From: an uncultured Gammaproteobacteria bacterium | GTDB taxonomy: Bacteria > Patescibacteriota > Microgenomatia > Levybacterales > UBA12049 | Assembly (NCBI GenBank): GCA_964503265.1 | Contig: CAZCYO010000001.1 | Span: 25,119 to 89,118 of the forward strand | Length of the DNA stretch: 64,000 nucleotides | Direction: 5' to 3' | In this document: positions 7,942 through 18,600 of the stretch, in pieces | How positions within the stretch are numbered: position 1 is the first letter of the stretch | How the letters are laid out: each line of letters starts with the position of its first letter | Program-made: the position numbers and the translations under genes | Notes under the pieces: model-generated | Seen by the model: only the letters and a program-made list of their open reading frames with translations | What the model was told of the DNA's origin: nothing | The model's database searches: none

Positions 7942-10584
7942 CTAGTCTGCGGTTTTGCGAACTTGGGAATCTGATTGGAAGAGTTTAATTTTTTGTTTGA
8001 GATCGGCGAGTTTGTTTAGGGCGTCTAATGGTGTGAGCTGGTGAATGTCGAGGTTCTCGAGTTCTTTATGGATGAAGTGGTCGGCCAGGTCTGAGATCGG
8101 TTTGTCAGTCAGTGTTTGCTCTCGTTCAAGAGATGAGTCGACGTGTCGATTTTCTAGGTTATGTAATATTTCTGTTGCTTTTATGATAACTTCTTCGGGG
8201 ACTCCTGCGAGTTTTGCGACTGCGACTCCGAAACTATGTGATGCTCCACCTGGTTGAATGGTGTGGAGGAAAATTGGTTGGCCGTCTGTTTCTTCTACTG
8301 CCATATGGAAATTTCTGATTTGGTGTGGATATTGTTCTTCGAGTGCTTGAAGTTCGTGATAGTGCGTCGCGAAAAGGGTTTTGGGAGATGGATTAATTGC
8401 TGTAACTAAATACTCAGCGACTGCCCAGGCGATGCTGATGCCGTCATAGGTACTGGTTCCTCGTCCAATTTCGTCCATCACGATAAGACTGTTTTTTGTA
8501 GCATGATGAAGAATGTGTGCCGTCTCAACCATCTCGACCATAAATGTTGAAAGACCAGAAGTGATCACATCTGATGCGCCACTTCGAACAAATATTCGAT
8601 CGACGATACTTAACTGTGCGCTTTCAGCTGGGATGAAACTACCGATTTGGGAAAGTAACACGAGAAGTGCAACTTGTCTGATATAGACGGATTTTCCTGC
8701 CATATTCGGTCCAGTGATGAGGAGTAATTGTTTGGTCGTGTTATCAAGAGACAGATCATTTGGAACGAATTGTTTATCTGAATCGAGTAATTTCTCAACT
8801 ACTGGATGACGGCCTCCTTTAATTTTCATTTCACCCGAATAGAGCAGTTTTGGGCGAATATATGCGTTTTTTTCAGCATTCGTGGCAAAACTGAGTAGGC
8901 AGTCGATAGTTGCGATGCTCCCAGCTGCTTCTTGAAGCACTGTCGTAAACGAGAGGATTTCTTTGAGCGTTTTCGTAAATAAGTCATATTCAATTTGATT
9001 TATTTTTTCCTCAGCGGTTAAGATAATTTCTTCGTGTTCTTTTAGTTCTGGAGTGATAAAGCGTTCGCCGTTAACTAAGGTCTGTTTACGCATATAATTT
9101 TCAGGGACACTCGTGAGATTTGATTTACTGATTTCGATATAAAAACCAAAGACGCGATTAAATCTCACTTTTAAGGATCCAATTCCTGTTCGCGTTCGTT
9201 CTTTTTTCTCAAGTTCAATTACCCATTCATGGCTGTGTGCGACGCGATCTCTCAGCCGATCTAATTCTTTATCAATTCCCTCGCGTATCATCCCACCGCT
9301 TCGAAGATCAATTGGTGGTTCATCGACGAAGGTTCGTGTAATAAGAGCTATCATGTCAGAAAGCTGAGAATAAATTCGTCTAGCACATTGGTTTACAAGT
9401 GTGTTACTAAGTGGGGATAGTAATTCTTTTACTGAAAGAACACTGATAATAGCTTGTTTGAGATTTATTATATCTCGTGCATTGCCGATATTAACTGAAA
9501 GGCGAGAAAGAGTTCGTTCTATATCTGGAATTTGCGTGAGCAAACTTTTTAGCATGAGACGTGTATCACTCATTGACAGTAGCTCATCAACTGCGTCATG
9601 TCGAAATATAATTTCCTCGCGATTTGTGAGTGGGTTTCTCAGCCATTGTTTGAGCTGTCTTCCACCCATTGGAGTATCTGTCGAATCGATCACTGAAAGA
9701 AGTGAACCATGTGTGTCGTGCTCACGAATGGTCGAAAATAATTCTAAGTTAATAATTGTTGATCGATCTAAGATAACCGAATCATCTGATGAACGTGCGG
9801 TTATTTTTTTAAGGTGAGAGATATTGTCTTTCTGTGTTTCTTTAAGGTATCCAAGGAGCGCTGCTGACGATTTAAGTGACAGTTCATATGTATCAATACC
9901 AAAACTGGCAAGGGTCGCAACTCCAAAATGTTTTTTTAATACCTCACGAGCATTTGTCGCATACACATCCCAATTCTGAAAACAAAATATATTCAGTCCA
10001 CGTTCACTACTGAGTAGTTTTAATAACTCTGCGTCATTATATAATTCTTCAGACAGAATACATTCGATGGGATGTAGACGTGATAATTCGTCTCGAAGTT
10101 GTTGTTTATTCTCATCAAGCATAAATTCTGCTGTCGTGAAATAGCCAGTCGAAATGTCTACAGTCGAGATTGCAAGCATATTTTTATCTAGGGCAAGACT
10201 AATTAAAAAATTATTCTCTTTTTTTTCAAGCGCTTTCTCATCGAGCATGGTTCCTGGTGTGATGACGCGTATCACTTCTCGATCGATAATGCCTTTTTTA
10301 TTTGGGAGGCTCATCTGTTCACAAATTGCGACTTTATATCCTGCTTTAACGAGCTTGGCGAGATATGTATCTACTGCATGGTAGGGTACACCTGCCATGG
10401 GGATGCGGCCATCTTTGCCTTTAGGTCTTCCGGTCAGTGTAATATTGAGAACTTTCGCGCCGATATATGCATCATCCATGAATAGCTCATAGAAGTCTCC
10501 CATACGATAAAACAACAAACAGTCCTCATAGTTTTTCTTAATTTCCATGTATTGTTTCATCATCGGAGTACTAAAGGTTTGCAT
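7942..10584 (-). CDS. mutS: DNA mismatch repair protein MutS
   Basis: N-term TPMMKQYMEIKKNYEDCLLFYRMGDFYELF mismatch-binding domain; Walker A GPNMAGKS; 880 aa. Confidence 0.92.
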   Translation of the reverse strand: MQTFSTPMMKQYMEIKKNYEDCLLFYRMGDFYELFMDDAYIGAKVLNITLTGRPKGKDGRIPMAGVPYHAVDTYLAKLVKAGYKVAICEQMSLPNKKGIIDREVIRVITPGTMLDEKALEKKENNFLISLALDKNMLAISTVDISTGYFTTAEFMLDENKQQLRDELSRLHPIECILSEELYNDAELLKLLSSERGLNIFCFQNWDVYATNAREVLKKHFGVATLASFGIDTYELSLKSSAALLGYLKETQKDNISHLKKITARSSDDSVILDRSTIINLELFSTIREHDTHGSLLSVIDSTDTPMGGRQLKQWLRNPLTNREEIIFRHDAVDELLSMSDTRLMLKSLLTQIPDIERTLSRLSVNIGNARDIINLKQAIISVLSVKELLSPLSNTLVNQCARRIYSQLSDMIALITRTFVDEPPIDLRSGGMIREGIDKELDRLRDRVAHSHEWVIELEKKERTRTGIGSLKVRFNRVFGFYIEISKSNLTSVPENYMRKQTLVNGERFITPELKEHEEIILTAEEKINQIEYDLFTKTLKEILSFTTVLQEAAGSIATIDCLLSFATNAEKNAYIRPKLLYSGEMKIKGGRHPVVEKLLDSDKQFVPNDLSLDNTTKQLLLITGPNMAGKSVYIRQVALLVLLSQIGSFIPAESAQLSIVDRIFVRSGASDVITSGLSTFMVEMVETAHILHHATKNSLIVMDEIGRGTSTYDGISIAWAVAEYLVTAINPSPKTLFATHYHELQALEEQYPHQIRNFHMAVEETDGQPIFLHTIQPGGASHSFGVAVAKLAGVPEEVIIKATEILHNLENRHVDSSLEREQTLTDKPISDLADHFIHKELENLDIHQLTPLDALNKLADLKQKIKLFQSDSQVRKTAD

Positions 10585-10776
10585 AGAAATTATTGTAGCA
10601 CCTTTAAATAGTAGTAAGCCTCAAGATTCAAGCTATAAAGAATGATGTTTTATTAATGAAGCGTGTGTCTTGTGGGTTCATTTCAGCTGATTCTTAATCA
10701 TTCCTTACGTAACCTTCTTCTTTCTCTTATATCTAGACGATATAGTAAGAAAACTCAAGGAAGGGGGGATGTATAT

Positions 10777-10995
10777 ATGAATAATAAAAAGAAAAGAGGA
10801 TTTGCTTCAATGGTAAATTCTGATGAAGGAAAAGAACGTCAAAAGATGATCGCAAGTGCAGGCGGAAGACAAGCACATGTAAAAGGGACTGCCCATAAGT
10901 GGACGACAGAATCTGCTCGCGAAGCTGGTAGGCGTGGGGGAAAAGCAAGACAACGCGCACAGAGTATAGCGAGTATACGTTCTTTACCTCAATAA
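10777..10995 (+). CDS. KGG-repeat stress-induced protein (YciG/con-10-like)
   Basis: GFASM..ERQ.MIASAGGRQAHVKGTAHKWTTESAREAGRRGGKARQ; GGAAGGGGGG SD before ATG 10777 (track ORF from 10663 is an upstream extension). Confidence 0.55.
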   Translation: MNNKKKRGFASMVNSDEGKERQKMIASAGGRQAHVKGTAHKWTTESAREAGRRGGKARQRAQSIASIRSLPQ

Positions 10996-11077
10996 ATCAC
11001 AGATGTTCCCAAAACGGATACATACTGAGTATTGTAAGAGTTAGATAAGAAAGTACAAAACATACTCAGTTCTCTTC

Positions 11078-12274
11078 TTGTTTTTGTTAAAATCAGCACA
11101 GATGGAAAATATAATTGAACTCATTAATGAAGCGGGAGTAAAATTTTTGGAACCACTTACCATAGATGCAACGTATGCGACTATTGTTGAGGAAGCAAAG
11201 AAACTCGTTAAAGCTGAGTACGGATCAGTTCTCTTAGAACAGGACGGCAAGCTTGAGCGGGTATATGCCTCGGATCCATTTCTCGAACATATTATGGTAC
11301 GTGAACGAGGTTTTACGTACGATGCATATAAAACCAGAGTTCCTCATGTTAAAAGTATTGTCGATATCGAAAAAGTTCACCCTGAAATAAAAGCAAAGGG
11401 AATAAAATCTACGATATTCATTCCACTATTTTATCGAAGTAAATCGCTTGGTGTATTATCACTCGATTCACTTACAGATAAAAAATTTACCAAAGAGGAA
11501 CTTGGTGTATTTACCTTATTTGGTTCAATTGCCAGTCTTGCGATTCGTAAAACAGAGTTATATGCTGAAACACAAAAAGCGCTTGAAACTCGGGATTTAT
11601 TTATCTCACTTGCTTCACATGAACTTCGAACTCCGCTTACTTCGCTCAATGGATATGTGCAGCTACTCTATTCAAAACTTGGAAAACAAGACACAAATGA
11701 AGGGAGATGGTCACGTGAATTATATGAAGAGAGCGGGAGATTAACGAGTTTGGTTAAAGAATTACTTGAGATTAACCGGATAAAACAAGGCCAGCTTCAA
11801 TACAATCTTCGTGAGTGTCAGCTTGTAGATATCACTGAAAAAGCAGTTGAACGCGCTCAATTTACTCATAAAGAACATACGATTCTTTTTACAAGCTCTG
11901 TTTCCAAAGGAAATGACTTGTTAATCGCAGATAGTGATAAGTTACTGCAAATGCTTAGCGGACTTATTCGAAATGCGACTAAATTCTCGACTCCTCATAC
12001 GAAAGTAGAAATTTCACTAACCGAAGAAAAAAATATGTTTAAACTAACAGTGACAGATGAAGGAGAGGGGATATATAAAGAAGATTTACCACATGTATTT
12101 GATGAATTTTTTAAAGGAGCAAATAGTAAACAAAAAGAAGAACAAGGAATGGGTGTTGGACTTCTCCTCGCGAGATATATCGTAAACTATCATAAAGGGA
12201 CTATCGCAATTTCTTCAACTGTCGGAAAGGGTACGCAGGTAATCGTGAAACTGCCAAAAGTTGAGTATGAATAG
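11078..12274 (+). CDS. soluble sensor histidine kinase (GAF + HisKA + HATPase_c)
   Basis: No TM; GAF-like N-domain; SHELRTPLTSL H-box; N/G1/G2 boxes (IRNATKFS, DEGEGI, GMGVGL). Confidence 0.8.
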   Translation: MFLLKSAQMENIIELINEAGVKFLEPLTIDATYATIVEEAKKLVKAEYGSVLLEQDGKLERVYASDPFLEHIMVRERGFTYDAYKTRVPHVKSIVDIEKVHPEIKAKGIKSTIFIPLFYRSKSLGVLSLDSLTDKKFTKEELGVFTLFGSIASLAIRKTELYAETQKALETRDLFISLASHELRTPLTSLNGYVQLLYSKLGKQDTNEGRWSRELYEESGRLTSLVKELLEINRIKQGQLQYNLRECQLVDITEKAVERAQFTHKEHTILFTSSVSKGNDLLIADSDKLLQMLSGLIRNATKFSTPHTKVEISLTEEKNMFKLTVTDEGEGIYKEDLPHVFDEFFKGANSKQKEEQGMGVGLLLARYIVNYHKGTIAISSTVGKGTQVIVKLPKVEYE

Positions 12275-13574
12275 AGAGGTTCACCCGACGTCACACGTCG
12301 ACCAACAAGAGGTTATGGAACTTTCAATGCTTCTTGAATCAAAACATCCGGGTACTGAAGTTTTTAATAACCTTAAATCGTTTCCCGGAGGAGAATATGG
12401 TGCAAACGATCCCGAAGAATTTGTCGACACATTTTCTCACACCATTATGATGTATCCTGATCGAGCACATTTACTAGTGAGTGTGGGTGAGCCAGGAAGC
12501 GGCAAGTCGACAGTCCTCTATCAAATGCTTGCTCATATGTTACTTCCGTATGAAATTGAAGAAGAAGGGGAAATAAAAACTGTTACTCCTCCACTTAAGC
12601 AGTTTATTGATGACAATGGTTATGAAGTACAAGTTCATATGGCTCCATGGGGAGATGCTTCAGAGAGATTAGACCCATCATGGGAAATTGATAAAACTAT
12701 TGATTATCATAGAGATACACTTACTCATGAGGCTAAACAGCGTGAAGTTAATTACTCAGAGCGGATAGTTAGAACAGCAATACATAAAACGATCGAAGAA
12801 ACAAATACTGATGCAAAAAATGGGAAGAAAATTATCCATATCTTAGCAGGAGACTTACCTGTTAATACAGGAGATGTTATCGGTGATCAACGTGTGGGAA
12901 TTCTTCGAGCATATGATTTAATGAAAGATCTCATGCAGCGAAATAAAGAATTTGGTGATTTGGCTTATGAACTAAGTTGTTTTGCTATGAGTGCAAGTGA
13001 AGATGTCCGAAATAAAGCATATGGAGATAGAACACTTCTCACTGAGGCACAAACTGAAAAAGAAAAAATTGCAGCACTTGAAGCACAAGGAATGCATATC
13101 AATACGACTGATGATGAAGATATCGCTCTTATCGCTCAGGAATCAGCAAGCCCTGATCAAATGCGAATGATTGAAAGAGATATTAATGATGTACTTTTAG
13201 AAATTTACCCACTTCACGACGAAAGGACTCGTCCGGATAGTTATGCAGAGGCATTTACACTCGATACATTTAAGAATTCGCAGTTTCGGATTCGTACAAT
13301 TGGAGTCGTACAGCTTCCAAGACTGCTTAGTGAAGTACTAGGAGCTGCTCCGACTGATTTACATGTAGGTAACTTTTATAATGAAAGTGTTTCAGAACGA
13401 GTTGATGTTTTTCCTGGAATTGTGAATAGGCATCCAATAAGTGAATTACTTGAAGACGGGATAATTGACCGAATAAAAGCAGAAGAGGCAGGAGCGAAAC
13501 CACCAGAAACTGTTGTTTGGGCAGCTGAGTATTCTGAGTTCAACGCGGCTAATCCAGGATATGGCTCAGCTTGA
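12261..13574 (+). CDS. P-loop NTPase / kinase-like protein, unknown function
   Basis: Walker A VGEPGSGKSTVLYQM, candidate Walker B IIHILAGD; overlaps HK stop by 14 nt (translational coupling). Confidence 0.45.
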   Translation: MSMNREVHPTSHVDQQEVMELSMLLESKHPGTEVFNNLKSFPGGEYGANDPEEFVDTFSHTIMMYPDRAHLLVSVGEPGSGKSTVLYQMLAHMLLPYEIEEEGEIKTVTPPLKQFIDDNGYEVQVHMAPWGDASERLDPSWEIDKTIDYHRDTLTHEAKQREVNYSERIVRTAIHKTIEETNTDAKNGKKIIHILAGDLPVNTGDVIGDQRVGILRAYDLMKDLMQRNKEFGDLAYELSCFAMSASEDVRNKAYGDRTLLTEAQTEKEKIAALEAQGMHINTTDDEDIALIAQESASPDQMRMIERDINDVLLEIYPLHDERTRPDSYAEAFTLDTFKNSQFRIRTIGVVQLPRLLSEVLGAAPTDLHVGNFYNESVSERVDVFPGIVNRHPISELLEDGIIDRIKAEEAGAKPPETVVWAAEYSEFNAANPGYGSA

Positions 13575-13627
13575 CACATATTTTATTCTTTGTTACTTTC
13601 ATAACTGCATACTAAGTTACCTGCCCA

Positions 13628-14932
13628 ATGAATGTATCTGACCTTCGCTTACACATATTTAATACTATCCTCGAACTTTCAACAGAACACGGAATAAACG
13701 CTTCAGGCAAAAATGATGTCTATGGATGTATTTTTGGTAGGGATAGTGCGATTACGATTTTAAAACTTCTTAAGGTAATTGGAAATAAGGAGAATTCTTC
13801 ACTTGAACTATCGAAACTCCAAGATATTTGTCGACGTGGACTGTTAACCCTCGTATCGCTTCAGGGAAAAGAAACAAATGTAGAAAGTGGGGAAGAACCA
13901 GGAAAATTTATTCATGAGTATCGACCGGATAACTATGAAAGATTACTCGTTCTAAAAAAGCCATGGTATATCTACCCAGACGGGGTACTTCGAAATTATG
14001 ATTCACTTGATTCGACTCCGCTTGTACTAATCGCACTGTATAATTACTGGAAATTGACTGGGGATAATGAATTTTTACTCACATGTTTACCAGCTATTGA
14101 AAGTGGACTTAACTGGATGATCACCTATGGAGATCGAGATAAAGATTTTTTACTTGAATATGAACTTTCGCCTGATCGCCAGCATGGGGGGCTAGTCGTT
14201 CAATCATGGACTGATTCAAATGAATCACTCACTCAAGCAGATGGTACGTTTCCACTCTACCCGATAGCACCGGTCGAGGTCCAGGGGTATGCATGGCTCG
14301 CATTTAATCTCTGGGCTGATTTTTATGGCGCTGAGAATACAGTCTCTCACTCAGAGAAATTCGCACATAAACTTCGTTCACAAGCGGTATCACTTAAAAA
14401 ACGATTTAATGAAATTTTTATGTTCCCAGAAGGAACGTATTTTTACCCAGCGCAAGCTCTTGATGGGAATAAAAATAAAATTGAAACAGTTACTGGCAAT
14501 CCACTTCTTTTACTCTGGGCGACATATAAGAAAGATGGAAAGATGGAAACAATTCTTGATGATCAGTATGTAGAGCATCTTGTTAGACGTTCATTTGAAA
14601 CAGATATGTTTGACCACGAGGCCGGAATTCGAACGATGAGTACTGACGCTGCGACGTTCGTCTCTGGTCAAAACTCATATCATAATGGCAGCTTTTGGCC
14701 TGTACTAAACGGTATGGCACATGAGGGACTGATGCATTGGGACTATACGATCGAAGCGAATAAATTAAAAGAAGCGAGCATGAAACCAATTACTTTTTTT
14801 GGAAGTCCTATCGAATTGTATATAACTGATGAAAAAGAACAATACTTGCTGTATAAAAACCCCTTAGGACAAGAAAGCTGCCGCGAGCAAGCATGGTCAG
14901 CCGCCGCCGCCCTCGATTTCCTCACTCTGTAG
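13628..14932 (+). CDS. glycogen-debranching-enzyme-like (GDE_C / six-hairpin) glycoside hydrolase
   Basis: CIFGRDSAIT, EEPGKFIHE, QSWTDS, VQGYAW motifs reminiscent of amylo-alpha-1,6-glucosidase C-domain family. Confidence 0.55.
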   Translation: MNVSDLRLHIFNTILELSTEHGINASGKNDVYGCIFGRDSAITILKLLKVIGNKENSSLELSKLQDICRRGLLTLVSLQGKETNVESGEEPGKFIHEYRPDNYERLLVLKKPWYIYPDGVLRNYDSLDSTPLVLIALYNYWKLTGDNEFLLTCLPAIESGLNWMITYGDRDKDFLLEYELSPDRQHGGLVVQSWTDSNESLTQADGTFPLYPIAPVEVQGYAWLAFNLWADFYGAENTVSHSEKFAHKLRSQAVSLKKRFNEIFMFPEGTYFYPAQALDGNKNKIETVTGNPLLLLWATYKKDGKMETILDDQYVEHLVRRSFETDMFDHEAGIRTMSTDAATFVSGQNSYHNGSFWPVLNGMAHEGLMHWDYTIEANKLKEASMKPITFFGSPIELYITDEKEQYLLYKNPLGQESCREQAWSAAAALDFLTL

Positions 14933-15051
14933 TGTTTAGATACGAATCTTTACTCTACCTGTATTTAACTTGTAATTTTCCTTATTGACAGCTGATTTTT
15001 AGAGATCTACGCTGATAAGGAAGAGCAAAAAAATTGCTCACTAAATATTTA

Positions 15052-15648
15052 ATGAAACACGCAAAAGCTGCCGTTGCTGTTTTTTTTATTACACTAATTT
15101 TTATTAGTTTTTCACCCACGAGAGCTCATGCAAATTTCTTCACTGATGTAGTAGATAAAGTTAAAAGTATTTTTGTAAAAGAAGATAAACCTCAACAAAC
15201 TGATTTGTCGATTGATTCACAAATTGTTCTCGCTCCTGGCGGTGATGTAAATAATAACGGGCAAATAGATTCTGGTGATATCGTACGGTTTATTTATAGT
15301 GTTAAAAATTCTTCAGATAAAACATATGCATTTTCAACTATTAAGACAAACATAAACCGCAACTCACTCAACTTTATTCATAATATTATCGGTGTTTCTG
15401 GACTAGCGGATAATGCTCGAGAAATAACTCTTCCGAATATCAGGTTATATCCTCATCAAGACCGGCTAATTAGTTTCGATGCGAGAGTTAATTATTTTGA
15501 AGATGAAGATCATCAAATCGAAACCACTGCTGTATTAGAAACTGCCGATAAGTCAGTAATTAAAGCTGCAAAAAAAGAAATTACCGCTAAAAAATTGAAG
15601 AAGGGAACAATCAATTCACTGTTTGATCGAAAAAATAGCAATGAATAA
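15052..15648 (+). CDS. secreted protein with a dockerin/EF-hand-like Ca-binding repeat
   Basis: Signal peptide MKHAKAAVAVFFITLIFISFSPTRAHA; DVNNNGQIDSGDIV matches dockerin repeat pattern; track ORF starts at TTG 15034. Confidence 0.4.
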   Translation: MKHAKAAVAVFFITLIFISFSPTRAHANFFTDVVDKVKSIFVKEDKPQQTDLSIDSQIVLAPGGDVNNNGQIDSGDIVRFIYSVKNSSDKTYAFSTIKTNINRNSLNFIHNIIGVSGLADNAREITLPNIRLYPHQDRLISFDARVNYFEDEDHQIETTAVLETADKSVIKAAKKEITAKKLKKGTINSLFDRKNSNE

Positions 15649-18600
15649 AAGAATTAAATTAGTTATAAGCATTGTACTAAATGCAACGTTACTCCTGACT
15701 TCGTATCTTCCTGGGTTCACCCTTTTATTTTCTCCTCAGATTGCAGATGCTGCAAATTCATGTGTTTCATACGGTGGTGGATCTGCTGCTGTTTTAAATG
15801 CCAAGGTTGGTGGTGTTGCCTTAGATCAAGCAGCCACATTTCTAGCTGATATGGATGATATTAAAGGGGCGTATTATGATTCTGTAAAAGATCGAATTGT
15901 TTTTATTGGTAAAGAAAACACATCACTTCCTGAATTTAATAAAGATGATTTAGCAGTAGCAATTAAATCTGTAATCTTTAAAGGAGTGCTTCCGGCTGTA
16001 AGTATCGAGAAATATGAGGGAGATCCTTTTGGTCCTAAACAACGTGCAATTTATTACGGAGGAATTGAGAATACACAATTTGGGAAAACCCTCATGGATG
16101 CAGACATAAAATTAAAAGAATTTGTACATGGATATGATAAAGATGAAAATCCAGTAAGCACATCAGTTTCAGGTTATGAATCACATTTCCAAAGATGGTT
16201 AGATCAAACTCCTGGGTTAACTGAATCTAATGCCAGCAGATGGGTAATAAGACCTAAATTAGTTTCTCTTAAAAGGGATACATCTACCAATTCTTTTGTT
16301 TTTAACGATGTGCAAATGGAAGTATATACGGAGGCGATGTCAGCATCTAATAGCGCAAAGTGGAATACAGCAGCAAGTGATTTTGCTACACATCATTCAT
16401 TACATTTCGATGATTTTGCACAAGAAATTCCAGCTTATGCCGATGCAAAACAGTTAGGAAAAATTGTAGCTGTAATCAAATGGCTTTCTGACAATGGGAT
16501 TCCTTCGGATTTTGCGTGGGCTTCTGATTATGCTCCTACTATTGTCTCAACACCAACTGAAGTAGATACCGTAATAACTCCAGAAATTGATGGATGGCGT
16601 TTATATGGAGGACTTGAGTATTACACGCCAAATACTTATACAACAGATAGTAGTACATCTGCTTCTTTTAAAACAGCTTCTGAGAATATAAATGCACCAA
16701 AGGAAGATATTCATTGGACGTTTACAAAAGATGGCCAAACATATGAATCTGTCGCTGTAGCAGCTGATGCATTTAGAAGTATTGGAGCATATAGTACTAG
16801 TGTTACGGATATGTCATTCCCAATGACCGGGGATTCAAGTCTCTCATTCACAAGATCATATTCTTCTTTCTCTGGAGCACAAAATGGGTGTGGTAGAGGA
16901 TGGTCGTTTATGCCGGCAGCGCTAACTGATAATAATCCTTCAGCTGATGGGGTTATTATTGGGACTTGTCCGAATGATACGTTTAATCATCGATATAAAG
17001 TAGCGTTTAATTCAAACACTGGAATAAGAGAAACATTTACTAACTACTGTGTGAGTAATACTAGTACGTACTTACCAGACGAAAGTGTTTTTCATTCGTC
17101 AATTACTGTTACTTCTACATCCAGCGCGTTAACTGTTTTAAAAGTAAAACAAAAAGATCAAAGTGAATATGAATTTCACGATATTTATTTAGATCCCAAT
17201 CAATATACAAGAACAAATATGCGGCTGGTGGCATATCGTGATAAAAATGGAAACAAAACGAATTACAATTATGATTCATCAAATAAACTAACAAGTATAA
17301 GTGATGATCGTGGACATCAACTAGCGATTACCTATAACGGAAGTAATTTAATTTCTTCTGTTAAGGACTGGACGAATAGAGAGGTTTCCTATGGATATGA
17401 CTCTCAAGGAAATTTAACTTCGGTGACTGATCCCAATGGGGAAACAAAACAGTACGGATATAACGACAATTATAAACTTAGCTCAATTACTGACAGATTA
17501 GGTCACACAATTCTTACTAATACATATAATGATGATGCGCGGTTAGCTACTCAAGTGAATTCAGGAAGTGTATCGGCTACCTTTACGTATGATGACACTC
17601 ATAGAGTTGCAACAACTTCATCCACTCTATCAAGAGTGCAAACAATTAAATATGATGAAAAAGCGAGGATACTAGAACAAATCGACCCACTTAATAATAA
17701 AACTACCTATACTTATGGAACCGAATATGCGCCTTTAACAGTTACAGATAGAAGAAATCATACAACCACAAATACCTATGACTCAAATGGAAATGTAACA
17801 TCTGTAACCGATCCATATAGCAAGACCGTTACTTACACCTATGATGGAAGTAATAGAATTACCCAAATTTCTGATGGTCGATATGGGGCTAGTCCCAAAG
17901 TTTCTAAATTCACTTACGATGGGTCCGGAAATCTGACTCAAGCATCCGAGTCAGGAAGGATTACTAACTTTACCTATGACTCATATGGAGAGATGTTAAC
18001 TAAAACTGATCCATTAACACATGTCATGACTTGGACGCGTGATTCATTTGGAAATAAACTAACAGAAACAAACGATTTGAGTAAAACTACTACGTTTGAA
18101 TACGACACATTAGCAAGGTTAAAGAAATCGACTGATTCAGAAGGAAAGTTCCAAACATTTTCTTATGATTACAATAACAATGTCTTAACGAGTACAAACT
18201 CAGCGGGAATAACGACAAATGAATATACGAAGGAAAATAAACTTAAGAAAGTTACATTACCTGATGGGACAATAACCCAGTTTACATATAACAATGCCGG
18301 GTCATTAAGTAGTGTCCAAGATGCTCTCAATAATACAACTACCTATGGGTATGACCAATATCAGAATATTACTTCTAACTTAAATGCACTTAATAAAACG
18401 ACTTCCTATACTTATGACAAGTTAAATAGAAGAACGGGGTCTACCACTCCACTTAGTAAAGTTACAGCACTTGAATATGATGCAAATGGGAATATCACTA
18501 AAAGAACAGATGCAAATAATAAAGATACGCTTTATCAATACGATAATTTAAATAGGCTTACTCAAATATCATATTCTGACAATAAAATAGTAAATTATAC

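Noticed and set aside
8045-10384. Several + ORFs antisense to mutS
   Set aside because: Inside the mutS CDS on the opposite strand
14289-14925. Small ORFs on both strands inside GDE-like gene
   Set aside because: Contained within the 434-aa glycosidase ORF
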